Under the pieces are notes generated by a model. The model searched no databases, was not told where the DNA came from, and saw only the letters and a program-made list of their open reading frames with translations. Positions 1-13,443 of a DNA stretch of 45,824 bases are shown in pieces (the first letter of the stretch is position 1; each line of letters opens with the position of its first letter). The stretch is from Stramenopiles sp. TOSAG23-2. Lineage: Eukaryota. The position numbers were made by a program, and so were the translations under genes. The stretch is taken from the NCBI GenBank assembly GCA_900128395.1, contig LT649287.1, forward strand, positions 1-45,824, in the 5' to 3' direction.

Positions 1-309
1 TACCTTAATATTTATGTTAGAATATTTAATAATAATTTTACAACTTGAATTTTTACAAAAAAATTAAAATTAGTTCAATTAGTCAATAATTAGTCACAAG
101 TCTACCTGGTACGTATCTGGTGGTGGTATTCTGGTATTCACAGACGAGCAACAATGGGTTATGTGTTATGTAGGGGTGACTTTGTGATGCAAATTACAGA
201 TTAAAAGATACATTGAAAATATAGCTAAATACATAAAACAACAAGAAAAATTTTTTAATAAATTGTTGACGTTTTATGTTAGTATATCGTATAGTATATA
301 TATATATAT

Positions 310-3300
310 ATGTATGTAAAAATAATGATAAACCAACAACAGAAAAGATTATTGCTTGATTACTACTGCTGTTTTTTGTTTTTGATATTGATTAAGCAAA
401 ACAATGCAATTTCATCAGGGGATGTTGGGATATGTGACGCGGATTTTCCAAAATTTGGTTGTGCATCTGGTTGGGGTTTAGCCGATCAAACTACTAACAA
501 TTTTGGTGCAGTTAGGGTAATTGAAGATAGATTTAAATGTCTTGACGCTGATGCAAAAACAAGAATAATGAGTTGGGCAAAAGCACCAGAAAAAACACCT
601 AATTATGTAATAACTACTTCTCGAAAAGGAAATGGCCCAACAAAATACCAACCAGGGGGAATGTATCAACAGATTCACGTTCTAGCTTTGGAATATTATA
701 AGAAATACCGCGGAATTATGTTATATGCTGTAGATAAAAATAACAAACCGGTTGGTAGCTGGGCATTACCTGATGATCCCAACTTTAATTTATGGCATCC
801 ACCGATATGTGGCCCAACGCATGTTTTGCATCAAGATTCAGGTATAAAAGATTTTAATTATGCTTTTCAATATCGAACGCCGCCTTCAGGGACTGGTCCT
901 ATCACATTTAAAGCTTTATTTAAAGTTGGGCCAGCAAATACTGGAGAATTTTATCTTCCTGAAACTCCGCTTATTTTACAAGAAGACGAAACGGAAAAAG
1001 GTGCTGCTAATAACAATTGGGCAGTAGGAAATATTGGTGAATCTTGTGATGATGTTTGTTACAAACAGAAAATGCAATGCGAAACTGCAAAATTGGTGAA
1101 AGAAATGCCAAAAACTACGGAAGAATTTCAATTACTTACTAAACATTTATTTCCGTGTAACCCACCAATTTTAAGTGATTGCAAAATGGGTTCACCAGCA
1201 GCAAGTGGTGATTATGATTATCAGTGTTACATACACGATGAACAATTTTGCAATAGCAAATTTAATGATGGGGAAACAAAAACTACCGTTGAATCTGTTA
1301 AATGTGAAGCATCAGGAATTGAAAGACGATTTTGTATTTGTAAAGATGTAAATGGTAGACGCCTTTTACGTCTTTCTAATAATAATAACATAAATGGTAT
1401 TGATACAACACATATTGATGATAAGCAGTATAAATACTTGTTCATTTTCACGTTATATTATAGCCTGGTGAAACCTTTATGTTTATTTATATTTGTTTGT
1501 GCTTTTGCGTTTAAATTTCTTATTAATATGAGAAAAAAAAATGAAATGTCTCATTTTTCTTCGTTTGCCGTAATGATAATATTCTTTGGTTTTATCATTT
1601 CACTAATTTTGTTAATTAGTAGTAGTAGTAATAATAATAATAATAATATGTTTGTGGCTGCTCATAATTGGCCAATGGGACGTACACGTGGTAGTTTTAA
1701 ATCGCCATTGGTTACACGTGCAAGTTGCATGCCTGCGAAAAATGATATACATTTTCAAATAGGAATTGATCAAGAATATCTGCAAGGTTTTTCTACAGGT
1801 CATGGTGGATATATTATGTTGGTTACAGTGCCTCAAAAATATTCTTTTTATCTAGAAGATCATCGAAAGTTAAATAAATATGCAAATGAATATTTAAAAG
1901 AAGCTCCTGCTGGAAGTAATACAGCATTGGATCCAAAGTATAAACGATGGCATGCTATAAATGAGCCCTTGTTTGACGGTTTATCTTACACGAGAAACGC
2001 AGGTCCTACGACTGGTTGTAAAGTCTGCCCAACATGTGACGTTTATAACACGTATGGAAAAGAGGAACAATGTACCTTTCAATACAACAATTTAACTGAA
2101 TTAGCTGATTATTTAATATATAAAAATGCTAAAGATGGTTTCGTAGACGAAAATTGTTGCAAAAAATGCCGAGAAGCATATCGGGGGGCGGGTTCCCCAA
2201 TTGATTGCAACTCACGAATGCGGTATCGGGGTAAATTTTCCAAATCTAGGTGTGGAGATAAGGATCAGGGTGGAAGCACAAGCAAATGGTGTAAAAGAAA
2301 AATTAAACGCGGAGAGCCAGGGTGGTTTTCAACTGAATCACATGGTTCAGGAATTGGAACCTTGTACGAATATCACGAAACGCATTTACAGAAGTTAGGG
2401 GATCAACGTGTAGCCTATACATCGGTCAAATATCCTTTTATTGATAATGTTCATAAATATGCAATATGGAATAAAGGGCAAGCGTATGACTGGGATTATT
2501 TTAAAGTTGGCGTATCGGGATCGCATGGGGCTGGTAGATATTCCACCATAATGTATTGGCTAGGTTACAGCTATTGTACAGATTTTGAATATTTTAATGA
2601 TCGAAAAATCGAGTTTATCAATGGCGATGAAAGTCAAGCTGTTAGCTCAGAATGGGTGCGAAGTGATCATTGCGTTTTTAATTCGGCTACGAAATTTCTC
2701 ACTCCATTATGGCCAGCAGATGAGAATGGAAATTGCGCAGCTACTAAAGAAATGCTAAAAGATCAATATGGATTTCTGCCCGGAAAACGTGGGATACAAG
2801 TCTTGCCGGTGAAAGCACCGAGAGATTCGCATCCAGGCTACAAATTACCACTGTCGTTCAACGATAGTAATTTAATGGTTGGTTCCCCATACATGTTGCT
2901 TAATGGGACAGTTTCTCGTTCAGATAGAGGTGCTAGCTTTTTTGCTAGAACTAAAAGTCAATGGGCAAAAACTATTCATCGTGGAAAATATTGCAAATCC
3001 TTTAAAAATTATGGAAAAATTACATTAAGGGATGCTTTAATGAAATGTGCGACAGACAGTAATAATTGTAAAGGAATATTTGCAGAGCTATATCAAAAGC
3101 CTGACGAAACATTGTATACTGGTGTTCATGAATTTCGAGGTTGCAAAAGTTTGGGAAACATAAAAACTTCAGCACGTTGGACTGTTTTTATTCGTGACAC
3201 TTTTGATCCAACCAGCTCGTCATCATCTTCGCTTCAAATGCCAATAAATATTAAGTTTGGATATGATCAAACTAGTGTAAGTAAAAAATTCTTATATATT

Positions 3301-6300
3301 TCCCTATATACAATGTATAATAAACCTTGATAAAAAGTAGACACCTTCTCTAACACACATCACTCTTTTTCATACACTAAACACAGGGACATTTTTGTGA
3401 AACCAATGGTAGCGAGTGGAGAAAATATGAAAAACAATATCAATATTCGACCGGTAATCATTACTATCCTCCATTTAGAGGGCAAGCGATACTTCTGGGT
3501 AAATTTTTTGAATCAACAAGTGATGAAATATTTAAAATTCCAAACACTGACAACGTGACTGCTTTAATTTCAACAAAAACCAATGTCGAGTATCCTTTAT
3601 ATTTTAAAAGAGATATAATTTACTCTACTTCTTCCGAGGATGATGATTTATATTCGTGCGAATCGCATCCAGAGAAATGCAAATTAGTTCGTGCGAAAGA
3701 TATTTGGGATAAAACTACCGAAGGCATCATGAAGAATGCTATATGTAAGAAACAACGGTCAAATGCATTTCCTTTGTTAAAAAATAATCTAGGAACACTT
3801 GCCGAGGCGTTGGCGAAATGCTATGCTAGTAGTCCAGGTTGCTGGGGACTATCAGCAACAAAAAGAGATGGAAATCCAGATATATACACGGGTATAAACA
3901 CATTTATTGCTTGTGAGAAGCCTGATCCGAAAGATTGGAAGCGGTTCCGGGAGGGAAAATGGACAAAAGTTTATTATCGTGTAATAGGCACAGATACATT
4001 TAGGACGTACAACTTGTTTAATAGATTTGGGTTTTCAAACATCGAACGTTTGAATGCTGACATAACAAATAGCAATTACCAACAATTTATGTTTTATGCA
4101 GTTGGATTAGCAACAAGTGGAGACGAATATGAAGGTACACTTGCCGAGCTTAAAATCAACCCAGATCCGGAAGGGACAAAATTTGCGGGCGGCAAAGCGA
4201 ATTGGCAACAAGAGCAATGGGACATGTATAACAAGATGGTCCATGGTATTGGCGGGGCATGGGGTATATGCCAGCCGCAAGGTGGTGGTGGTTGCGAGGG
4301 TATGGATGATACCATGTGTGGCCAAAAGAGATGTGGGAATTGTAATAAAAATACTACCGTTCAATTTACAGATGCATGTCAATGTTCCGTTGATTCGTAT
4401 GCTTTGAACATCGAAAACCGCGACACAGGTGGTGGGACAATGCCATGGATAATGCATGGACCGATTGGCCAATCAACTTGCAACGCAAAAGAGAAAGTTT
4501 TGGAGGATAAAATATGTGCTCTATGTAATACCCCCAAGTGCCATTGGTTATATCTGCGCAAAGGCTTTCAATTAAAGTCGAATTGTTACAAAGGATATAC
4601 GTATGGGGATACTCTAGAAAAGTCTATGGACAATTATTATAATTCTATCTGTCGTCTTCCTGATATAGGCAAGGAAGGTACGAGGTGGGAACCACTTTGC
4701 ACTTGTGATTGTCCTAATTGGACTGTAAACGCCAACCTCTGCAACGCAATTACAAGGAAAGTGGATGATTCCTGGAGATCAGATCAAGGCTTTAAATGTG
4801 GAAAATATGAGAAAATTTATTTGGATAACAATCAGACAAACAAAGATATTGCAGATAACCTGGTGAATAATAAAATTGGCCCGGATGGAAAATCAACTTG
4901 TGGGTACGAATTTGAATGGAACGAGGAAACAGAAAATATATATGATACACCATTGTGTAAAAGATGTGCAGCACGAACGGACATACAACCAATTGCGATT
5001 GACCATTCATTTCCAAAAGTGGATCCAAGTGGATTTTTAAGAGATACAGGAAATGAATATGCCTCTCACAGTCGTGGCAATGGAAAAATAGTAAAGTATG
5101 GATGGAACTGTGATTTATCATCCCCTGTTAGTTATCATCCATTTGCGATGGAAAAAGTGAAAAGCAAAACAATGGGTTTTGTGGATATGGGAATCCAATT
5201 TGCTGGTCATTATAAAGACATCGGCCAAGAATTTGACATGGGTATACTTAAACCCCGGAGATTTATTTGGCAACAAAAATATACTCCATATGAGAATAAA
5301 TGCCCGAATAACGAAGACCCAAAGTGGGAACTTGAGTTACCAAATGGAAAATATAAAGTGGTACTTGAAGGGTATTTCGAAAAAACATCTGGATGTGTAA
5401 TTGAAAATTCGAAATTTGGAGCTGCTACATCTCAAGTAAAGGAAGACGATGGAAGGACTAAGTATGTATGGATATATTACATAGCATTGTCAGATGGACG
5501 TTTAACACTACGATCTGATAGACTTCCGCCTACACACGAATATAAAAAATCTGATATTGGTGGAGACTATGGCGAGTGGACAACAAAGCCCTCCCCAAGC
5601 TTATGCATTGGATACTTTACAAATATTAACGTTGAAAAAGATACAGAAGTTTTAAAACCAATTCCGTTTCCCACTCCGGTAAATACATGGTGGCAATTAA
5701 ACGTTGAAGAAGATGGAGGCGAAAAAGAAAATATTGGATTAATAATGATTGCTCCAGCAGACATTGATTTTCGAAAACCTTCGACAAAGTTTAACGAACG
5801 TACACGCTGGTTAATGGAGGGTAATTGGGTTGGCAGCGGGGTAGAAGTTGGGGAATTTAAAGATTTAGATAACATGGGTTTCAGAGTAAGTCTGTCAGAT
5901 TTACCATGCAACAAGATTGATGGCACATGTCCTCCTCCACACCATATATGTGCCGTGAAGAACACTCCAAATTTTGCTCTTAAAGAAAAATTTGATCCAT
6001 ACACGCAACTGGGTCCCGATGGAAAGCCTATTCCTAGATATCTAGACGTTGTAGAATGCGAAAATGTAGCCGATAGAAAATCAAGGTGTGAGTATAATTG
6101 TAACCCAGACAGGAGAAAGCGAATTAAGCATAGGATAAGCGAATGTTTTGACCTATGTATGGCTAACACAGTTGCAGGGAAATGTCGAACAATAAAAAAA
6201 TGGATATGGGGCACACCAGATGGGGAAATGGAAGCTTATATTGCACCGTACGAAATAAATTGCGATGGCGTCGCTGCAAAATACGTTCGCGTAGAGCTTC

Positions 6301-7760
6301 CTGGATCAAATCGTATATTAGATGCAACAGTTCATGTTCATCGTTCAAAACCATTGAAAAAGCAACTTGATAAATGGCCGATGGGCTGCTATGCCATAGA
6401 GTACTTAGATGGAACTATTACGAATGGGCCTCTTAATGAGACAAACGATCCATATGATCCTGTTTTCTATGGCACATGCTATAGCCTTTTACCAGCTTTG
6501 CAAGGTTGGGTTAAACATCCAAATAGAACGAAAGTAATAAATATTCATTGGAGGTATGGTGAAAAATGTTTGAAATGTAATGAATATAAAAAGTTAAAAA
6601 ATGGTGCACAAAGTAATATTCAAGGAAAACTTGAATTCATTAATTGGGAAGAAGTTATTGATTATTCTGGAAAGTGTTTCAACTGTGACCGATTGGAAAC
6701 TGGACCGTGGAAATTGAAAGAACCGAGACGAATGTATAAAAAAGGGGATGATGACGAAAACGAAATCTCAGAAATGGAAAAGACAACGAAATTTTTAATA
6801 CATGAAGTAACGATTATTGGGATATCTAAAGATATCCTAAAAAAGAACATGGAGAAAGTGCGTATAGGTTTAGGAAATGCATTGGGTATCAATCCAAATT
6901 ATATTACTATACTCGCTGTTGACGCTGTTGAGGTGAAAAATAGCATCGATGAAAACACTCGAAGTCAATTAAATGATGCAGACGATAATGATGATGAGGA
7001 GGAGGATCTTGGTCCTGATTTTGGTATTGAAAGTTCAAAAGATCTATATGTTGATGCTACACCTACTACCAGTGTAAAATCAAAAATTACATATGAAGTA
7101 ATCGTAGAATCAAATGCTGAGACACTTGAAAAAAATATGGTCTCCACCAACTATCATACAGCTGTGGCAAGAGAAGTAGCACTTGCAACAGGTATGAGTC
7201 CAAGTGATGTGCGTGCTGAAGTTAATATTGAACCAAAACTTGTTGTAATTCAACAACCGATTGATGATAACGGTTCAAATACAACGAAAGATAAAGATGA
7301 TGGAAACAATGATAGCCATATAGTTGTTTTAATAATTTGTATTGTAATTGGGCTTGTAGCATGCCTGGTATCATATGGTTTTTCTCAACGTAAGAAAAAA
7401 AGCGAACAACATGATGTATTCAAAGCATTCAAAAATGCAAGACAAACTGGCGATACAGATAAGGTAGCAGATAATGTTCGAAACGGCTACAAGACAAAAT
7501 CAGTTGAATTATCCGCTGTTGCATTAGTCATGCCGGAGGAAGAGAAAGTAATAACAAAGCTTAATAATCCATATAGCTTAGATGATAAGAAGACGAGGGA
7601 GCAATTTGTATCCACATTTATGGGACAAGGAAATATTCTTGGATATCGGGAGGATGGTTTCGCTGTTATACATTTAATTAATTGGCAATTGGCTCATGGT
7701 GCAAAAGCTATTTTGTACATAGAGGAGAAGAAGATTCAGGTAAAAAAACAAAGTATTTAG
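310..7760 (+). CDS. Giant (~2446 aa) multi-pass cell-surface protein, exons 310-3276 and 3387-7760: signal peptide, reeler domain, Cys-rich module, two internal hydrophobic segments, long Cys-rich ectodomain, SEA-like region, C-terminal TM, small beta-barrel-like cytoplasmic tail
   Basis: A phase-0 intron 3277-3386 joins the two track ORFs in frame (…GYDQTS|GHFCETNG… runs without a stop into 3555). Reeler-like segment YRGIMLYAVD…VGSW…HQD…FQYRTPPSGTGPITFKALF. TM IVVLIICIVIGLVACLVSYGF is followed by RKKK. Tail motif VSTFMGQG…REDG…WQLAHG. Confidence 0.85.
3277..3386 (+). other. Spliceosomal intron (110 nt, phase 0)
   Basis: Donor GTAAGT at 3277; CTAAC near 3350 and CTAAAC near 3377; pyrimidine tract; acceptor ACAG ending at 3386. 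Removal skips the TGA at 3328-3330 and keeps the frame. Confidence 0.9.
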
Positions 7761-8583
7761 GTCGTGTGTACGACTTCGTATAAAACATTTTTTAACTATG
7801 ATATGATATGACCTTTCCATATTAGACGCTGTGGATCTTATAAAATAATAAAAAATATAAATGATAATATGATTGAAGCAGAGCGTTTAGCGTTTAGAGA
7901 AGAAATATTAGACACGTGGAATATCACTCAATGTTTGATGTCACATTTGGTCCGTGTTTCTTCAAATAAAATACGTCGTACAATACGTACAAAAAGTTAA
8001 ATAATAAAGTCCAGGGTGTTGATTATTATTTTTATTACTGAAATGTAATATATGAAAAAATATAAGAGAATTTTTTTTAATATAAGTGCATAAAAAAAAA
8101 AAGAATAAAAAAGCTTCTGGTGGCGGCTTCTATTGCCTATCAAATTAAAATGGCAATAATTTATACTTACAATTGAAATTAGAATACCACATTAACATAG
8201 GGCAGGCCCAGCAGGGAATAAGATTATATACAGATGTTTTAAATGTAAAAAAAATTATTATAAAAAATTAAAAGTTAAAATATTTTAATAAAAACAGTAC
8301 CATTTCTACTACAAATATTTTAAATCTAATACCCTCTGCCAAATTTCAACGCGAGATATTAAATATTAAGCGAGTTATTAATATGGCGATTTATGTAAAA
8401 GAATTTCTTGCTGGCGCGCTTCATATTTAAAATCAATTTAAAATATTTTTTATATTTTTGTTAAAAAACAAATGGCCAACAAGAAAAATACAAATTTTCT
8501 TCGGCTACGAAAAGAAAATTGGACTGGCTTAAAGCACAATGGGTCAATGAAACTTGCAACTTGATACCATCTATTTACCTTCA

Positions 8584-11500
8584 TTAGCCAGAACAATACT
8601 CCCAAAATTTATTTGGGTTTGTGGTGATACACCAATCAAATGAGTCCCCATCAGGATTACGACAATAATTATGGTTACCAACATTCGTGTATCCATGTCT
8701 GTGTGGCCTTTGACTATTCCAATTTTGACAAGTATATCCACTTCTGGTTTTAGTTTGTTTTACGTTACAATATCCAAATCGCTTGTTAGGATCTGTTGTA
8801 TAACACCAAGCTCCACCAGCATCGTGATCGGGGTTCGCACAGAAATTATTATCCCCAAGCCAAGAGTATATATGTTTATGTGGGTATATTTGTGACCAAC
8901 TTTGACATTTATAGCCGCCTGTTGTGCGCGTTACGCCAATTTCAACTCCCTTTTCCTTATCCGAATCTGCCACGGCTTCATTTTGTGATTTTTCAAACAA
9001 TGTCTTTTTCATGACATTTTTCCAACCACTAGAGCTGTAGAGAGGAATGTTAATCTTATAATCAACACGAACATCAACTTTTTGTTTAGAACCGCTTCCG
9101 AAATCAATAATGTCACGATTTGAATTACTAGGATCAGTGTATACTTTGACGTGCTTGAATTTACTTTCAACTACAGCTTTATGTCTCCAAATTTCTCCTC
9201 CACCGGAAGATTTTTTCTCATACATGCGTTTGGATTGCCACTTGTCCCACTCATAACCAATTTTTGCCGTTAAGTATCCGCCCCAATTTGTGCAATCCCA
9301 CCAACCACACGTTCTAAAGGCAAATATCTCTTGTTTGTTCAAACCAGCCCACCCAACAATTCCTTGTTTGCTACGATACCAAACTTCTTTTCCCCCTAAT
9401 TTGTCAATCTCCAATACTTTGTATTTGTACGTGACCGAAAAAAGAGTCATATCTTTTGGCATAACCGTTTTAAGTGCTGTTTTTATCGGCCACCATAAAG
9501 ATAGCGAATCAATAAAAGAAGACATGGACAATATAACCTTGACATATCCACCACCGAAAGGCGCACCATTCAGAGCAATTAGTGGATAATATGCATCTAC
9601 ACCACCATAGAAACAAAATGCTGAATAACAACCTCTGCATTTTATGAAAAAGTTTAAATATATGTCGTCGTCATTTATAATTATATCATAGTCTTTTTTC
9701 ACATCTGCTTTCTTTGCTTTCTTGACACCAAAGTGAAGGAAGAATTTACCATGGGTTAACTTTGCCCATAGTTCCTTCTTACTCGTATCTGCTTTAGTTT
9801 CCCACTTCCAAAGCGCTCGTCCTTGTGCATCATGAAAGTGTTGACCTTTCTTTCTTTTCATTTCCATTCCTCGCAGCTCTTCTTCATCCAATTCCTGTAA
9901 ACGACGATTTGCCATGTAATTTTGCACGTCATATAATCTACGAGCACGATGCTGCAAGTCCTTACTTAACGTTACTGTGGTATGATTCAACCACTCGTTC
10001 CATTCTTTTATAGCAGGCACATCGATTTTACTATGTTCGATGTAGAACATGACATCATCTTCATTCATTGATAATGGCGCATGTGCTTCCGGCGGGTAGC
10101 TTTTTGTCCAATTCCATGCATGAATTTGGAATTCATAACTGTCAGGCTCCAATTCTTCCAAAGATGTTCCATTTAGCGGCGGTAACGTTAAATTTCCAAC
10201 ATTATATTCACTTTTGAATGTGCGAAAAGTGCCATTTGTAATCATTTCCTTAACTTGTATGCATTGGTCAAAATGTAATCCTTCAAATTGTATCCCTTCC
10301 TCACGGAAACTTCGCATTTCTTGATTTTGTTTTATTTCATCAAATCTTAAAATGGATTCATCAGAAAGAATGATTATTTTTGGAAGTTTTGTAGTAGCAT
10401 CGTCAAAATAATCTATATGCTCCCACATGTCAAATTTTTTGCCCTCCTCGTATGGATTGTCTGGTTGGTAAGAAATTCGAAAATGCCTCATCTCATCCAC
10501 AAGCCCTACATAATGAAATATAAAATCATCTGGCAACGCCATAGAATCTTCCCCTTTATGTAATGTACAATGGCTTAATACACCGTCAGCACCAACTTGA
10601 TAAGTGACAGTTTCCCCGTTATTTGCATGTGTTACTTGTCTTACGCCGGGATGGTAAGGTTTTGTAACAACACTAATTTGAGATGAACTATCGACATACG
10701 TATTCGAATGTTCTTTAATATATGCAACACCATTTTCTTCAATAACACCGTGTATAGGTACAACTTCTCCATCGAACATTTCAACTTTACAATGATCTTG
10801 ACCATCCTTGTCAACACATTTGCGTAAACGTGTAACTTTGGATGAGTAGACAGCCGGAAACTCTGGCTTTGCAACTGTTGTACATTTCCACTCCATATCA
10901 TCAATTACATTAAAAAATCCAGTTGCTGAAAAGCCATTAGCGGCTGTCAAGCGACGAGATTGTCCGTTGCCGTCTACTTCAACCGCATGTTGATTTTCGA
11001 GCATATCAAAGCCAGCTTCTTGAAACAATGAACCAATTGCATCATCAAATTTAATGTCAGTGTCATCTAAAATTACTTTTCCGTTCACTGTTACAAGCAT
11101 CAAGAAAGATCCACACTTAGCGGTTTTACGAGGTATACGCACAATCGATAATATTTTTACCGATACCGTTGCACTTGTAGGTGCAACAAGTTCAAGCCAT
11201 TCCAGTTCTTTAAAATATTTATCCGGCATCGTGGAAGCTAACTTACGTTGTTGCATCATTTTTCTCACACCTAAAGCACGTCTGATTCCTGGTCCTAGAT
11301 GATCTACATCTTGATCCCCTGCCATCTCTAAACGACGTTCTGCACTTGTTCCAGTAGGGGAAGTAGTGTTAGGGTCTTCTCGTGGTTGCCCGCTTGCACT
11401 AATATTAAATTCACATGTCATTTAAGTGTTTTTCGGGAGAGAAAAGAAAAAATAGTGTCGAATAATGTTAGATATGTAATTTCATACTTATGCGTATGGC

Positions 11501-12247
11501 TTTGAAAAGATATTTATCATATACTTACAGCATGGCACCTTCTCTCGATACTCTCACTTCTTTTGTTGCTTCATTGGCTGCAAATGTCATTAAAAACGTA
11601 CCTATTAAAAAGATAAAGAATAGAACAGCCATTCCACCAACGATTCGTATCAAATTTCTTTTATCGCTTTCTGCATTTTGTAATCGACTTTGAATTGCCA
11701 GGATTTCAGATAATGTAATTTCGCCATCGCCATCCTTGTCTAAGCTTCGTAATGTAAATATTAAGTTTTGATCTTCACTAGAGATATTTTCTTTCTGATC
11801 ACCATATTTCTCCATTATTACTTTTTCAACATCGTCCAAATTAAAAACCATTGTCGAATGCTCTAATTTAACTTGAGAATTAATAATTTCAGTCAAAGTG
11901 ATTGTGCCATCCCCATCCTCATCCATATGTTCCAACTTTTTTAAAAATTTTCTTTCAGTTGCATTAAACGCAGTTGTATCGCCGCCATATCTCAGTGCGA
12001 CATTCTCTACAACATCTTTAATACTGAGCTGTATATCCGTGCCGAGTGTAGATGCTCTTCTTCGTCGACCCTCTTTCGTACTTCGGACTGAAAATGATGC
12101 AGAGCTTTTAAGCCTCCTCTCGGACCCCTTCGTACTATTTTTTCGTCTCATATTTTTAATCATTTCCACCTTTTTCATCGATACTCTACCTTTATTTCTT
12201 GAAACCAATGGGTTTATAAACGACTGTTCACCATTTTTTTCCATCAT
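8584..12247 (-). CDS. Type II membrane protein (~1177 aa), exons 12247-11529 and 11398-8584: two N-terminal EF-hand loops, TM, large ectodomain, two C-terminal kringle domains
   Basis: EF loops DEDGDGTITLTE and DKDGDGEITLSE. TM IVGGMAVLFFIFLIGTFLMTFAA. Kringle signatures CQSW…NFCANPD…WCYT…C and CQNW…NYCRNPD…WCIT…WEYC. A phase-2 intron joins the two track ORFs. The first ATG is at 12247 (track start 12274 is TTG). Confidence 0.85.
11399..11528 (-). other. Spliceosomal intron (130 nt, phase 2)
   Basis: Minus-strand donor GTAAGT at 11528; CTAAC near 11470; pyrimidine tract; first downstream AG at 11400-11399. The split codon CT+T (Leu) restores the frame. Confidence 0.85.
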
Positions 12248-12383
12248 TGCCTTTATCAATAAAGTGAATATCAATTTCTTTTTTCTTATATAAAAAATTA
12301 TACAATTGTCCAGAAAATTAACAATTGTTTATATTTTCCTAATTTCTTATTGTTTATTTCTAATAAATACACAAATATATATA

Positions 12384-12560
12384 TACTGCGGTACTGCGGT
12401 ACTGCGGTTTAGTGGTTTAGTGTGTTTAGCAGAAGAAGAATGTTTTATGTGTTGCGCGTAAGTGGAGAATGGAGAATGTTGAAGGTTGGCTTACAAATAC
12501 TGTATTATGTATTATTATCTATTATCTATTTCTATTATCTATTATCTATTATCTATTATA
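12384..12560. repeat. Short tandem repeats upstream of the EF-hand/kringle gene: (TACTGCGG)x3 and a degenerate (TATTATC)n array
   Basis: tactgcgg x3 near 12384-12407; tattatc units near 12512-12560. Confidence 0.85.
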
Positions 12561-13073
12561 TCATATAGTATTATCATATATTAATAATATCATATTATCA
12601 CCCTAACCCCACCACCAGACACCACCCCATTTTTTTAAAATGGCCAAAAATGTAAAAACGCACCTCGAATCTGACGTGTATAATCTTAGTTACATATATC
12701 ATCTAGGACCCTTCATAGGGATATAACTGTCTTATTTTCACTGACTAGTGCTGGGTGTTGGGAGGAATTAGGAAGAGTGCAATACCGAAGGTATTGCGAT
12801 TAGCACATTAGGGAATTCGAGTTGCAAACTGGGCGGGGTGTAGAGTTTACTCGGAGCGCTGGGTAGAGTATATGTGTACTTATACTTGTTGAACGTGCCT
12901 AGCAAACCGAGGGATACAAGGGGAATAGCAGGGCCGACAATGACACCAGAGAAAATTCGAGGAAGATAAATTGACGACTGACAAATATATATATATATAA
13001 AAGTGGGGATATATATTTATAGATAGACACAAGGACACAGTAGGAGATATAAGAAGTAGAAGTTTAGAAGTGA

Positions 13074-13313
13074 AGGAACGAATATCAAGATTTGAAATTA
13101 AATAAAGAGTTTAAAATAAGAATTGGGGGGGCTACCATGATGTGGCAAGCTGGCGTGAGTCCGGAGGAGATTAAGATGTATGGGCGTTGGTCAAGTGAGT
13201 GCTGGATGTACTACTGTAGGAGACTAGGGACAACTTGGGTGAAGCTAGCAAAGAAGATCGCGAAGAGCGAGCTAGAGGTGAATGATGTTTTGGAAGACCT
13301 AGTAAGGGGATAG
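13074..13313 (+). mobile_element. Relic of a tyrosine recombinase C-terminus (DIRS/Ngaro-like retroelement), truncated
   Basis: RIGGATMMWQAGVSPEEIKMYGRWSSECWMYY matches the (HSL)RIGGAT…GRWxS…Y motif of retroelement YRs. The His of HxxR is missing, and there is an in-frame stop at 13071 with no N-terminal part. Confidence 0.75.
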
Positions 13314-13443
13314 TACAATAGAAGAACTAAGGGATTTAGGGTGAAGTATGGGTTAGGAAGGAACTCAACCTGAAGCTAAAATAGTAGTCGAAGCGGGAGG
13401 GTCGTAAATTAATACAGGCGGGCTAGAAGAGGTGAATGTAGAA

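Noticed and set aside
8147-8480. Repeated AAATGGC words (YY1-like)
   Set aside because: Few short instances with no consistent position relative to genes; cannot be distinguished from chance.
12404-12610. Telomere-like words (GGTTTAGT, CCCTAA)
   Set aside because: Only 1-3 degenerate units; not an array.
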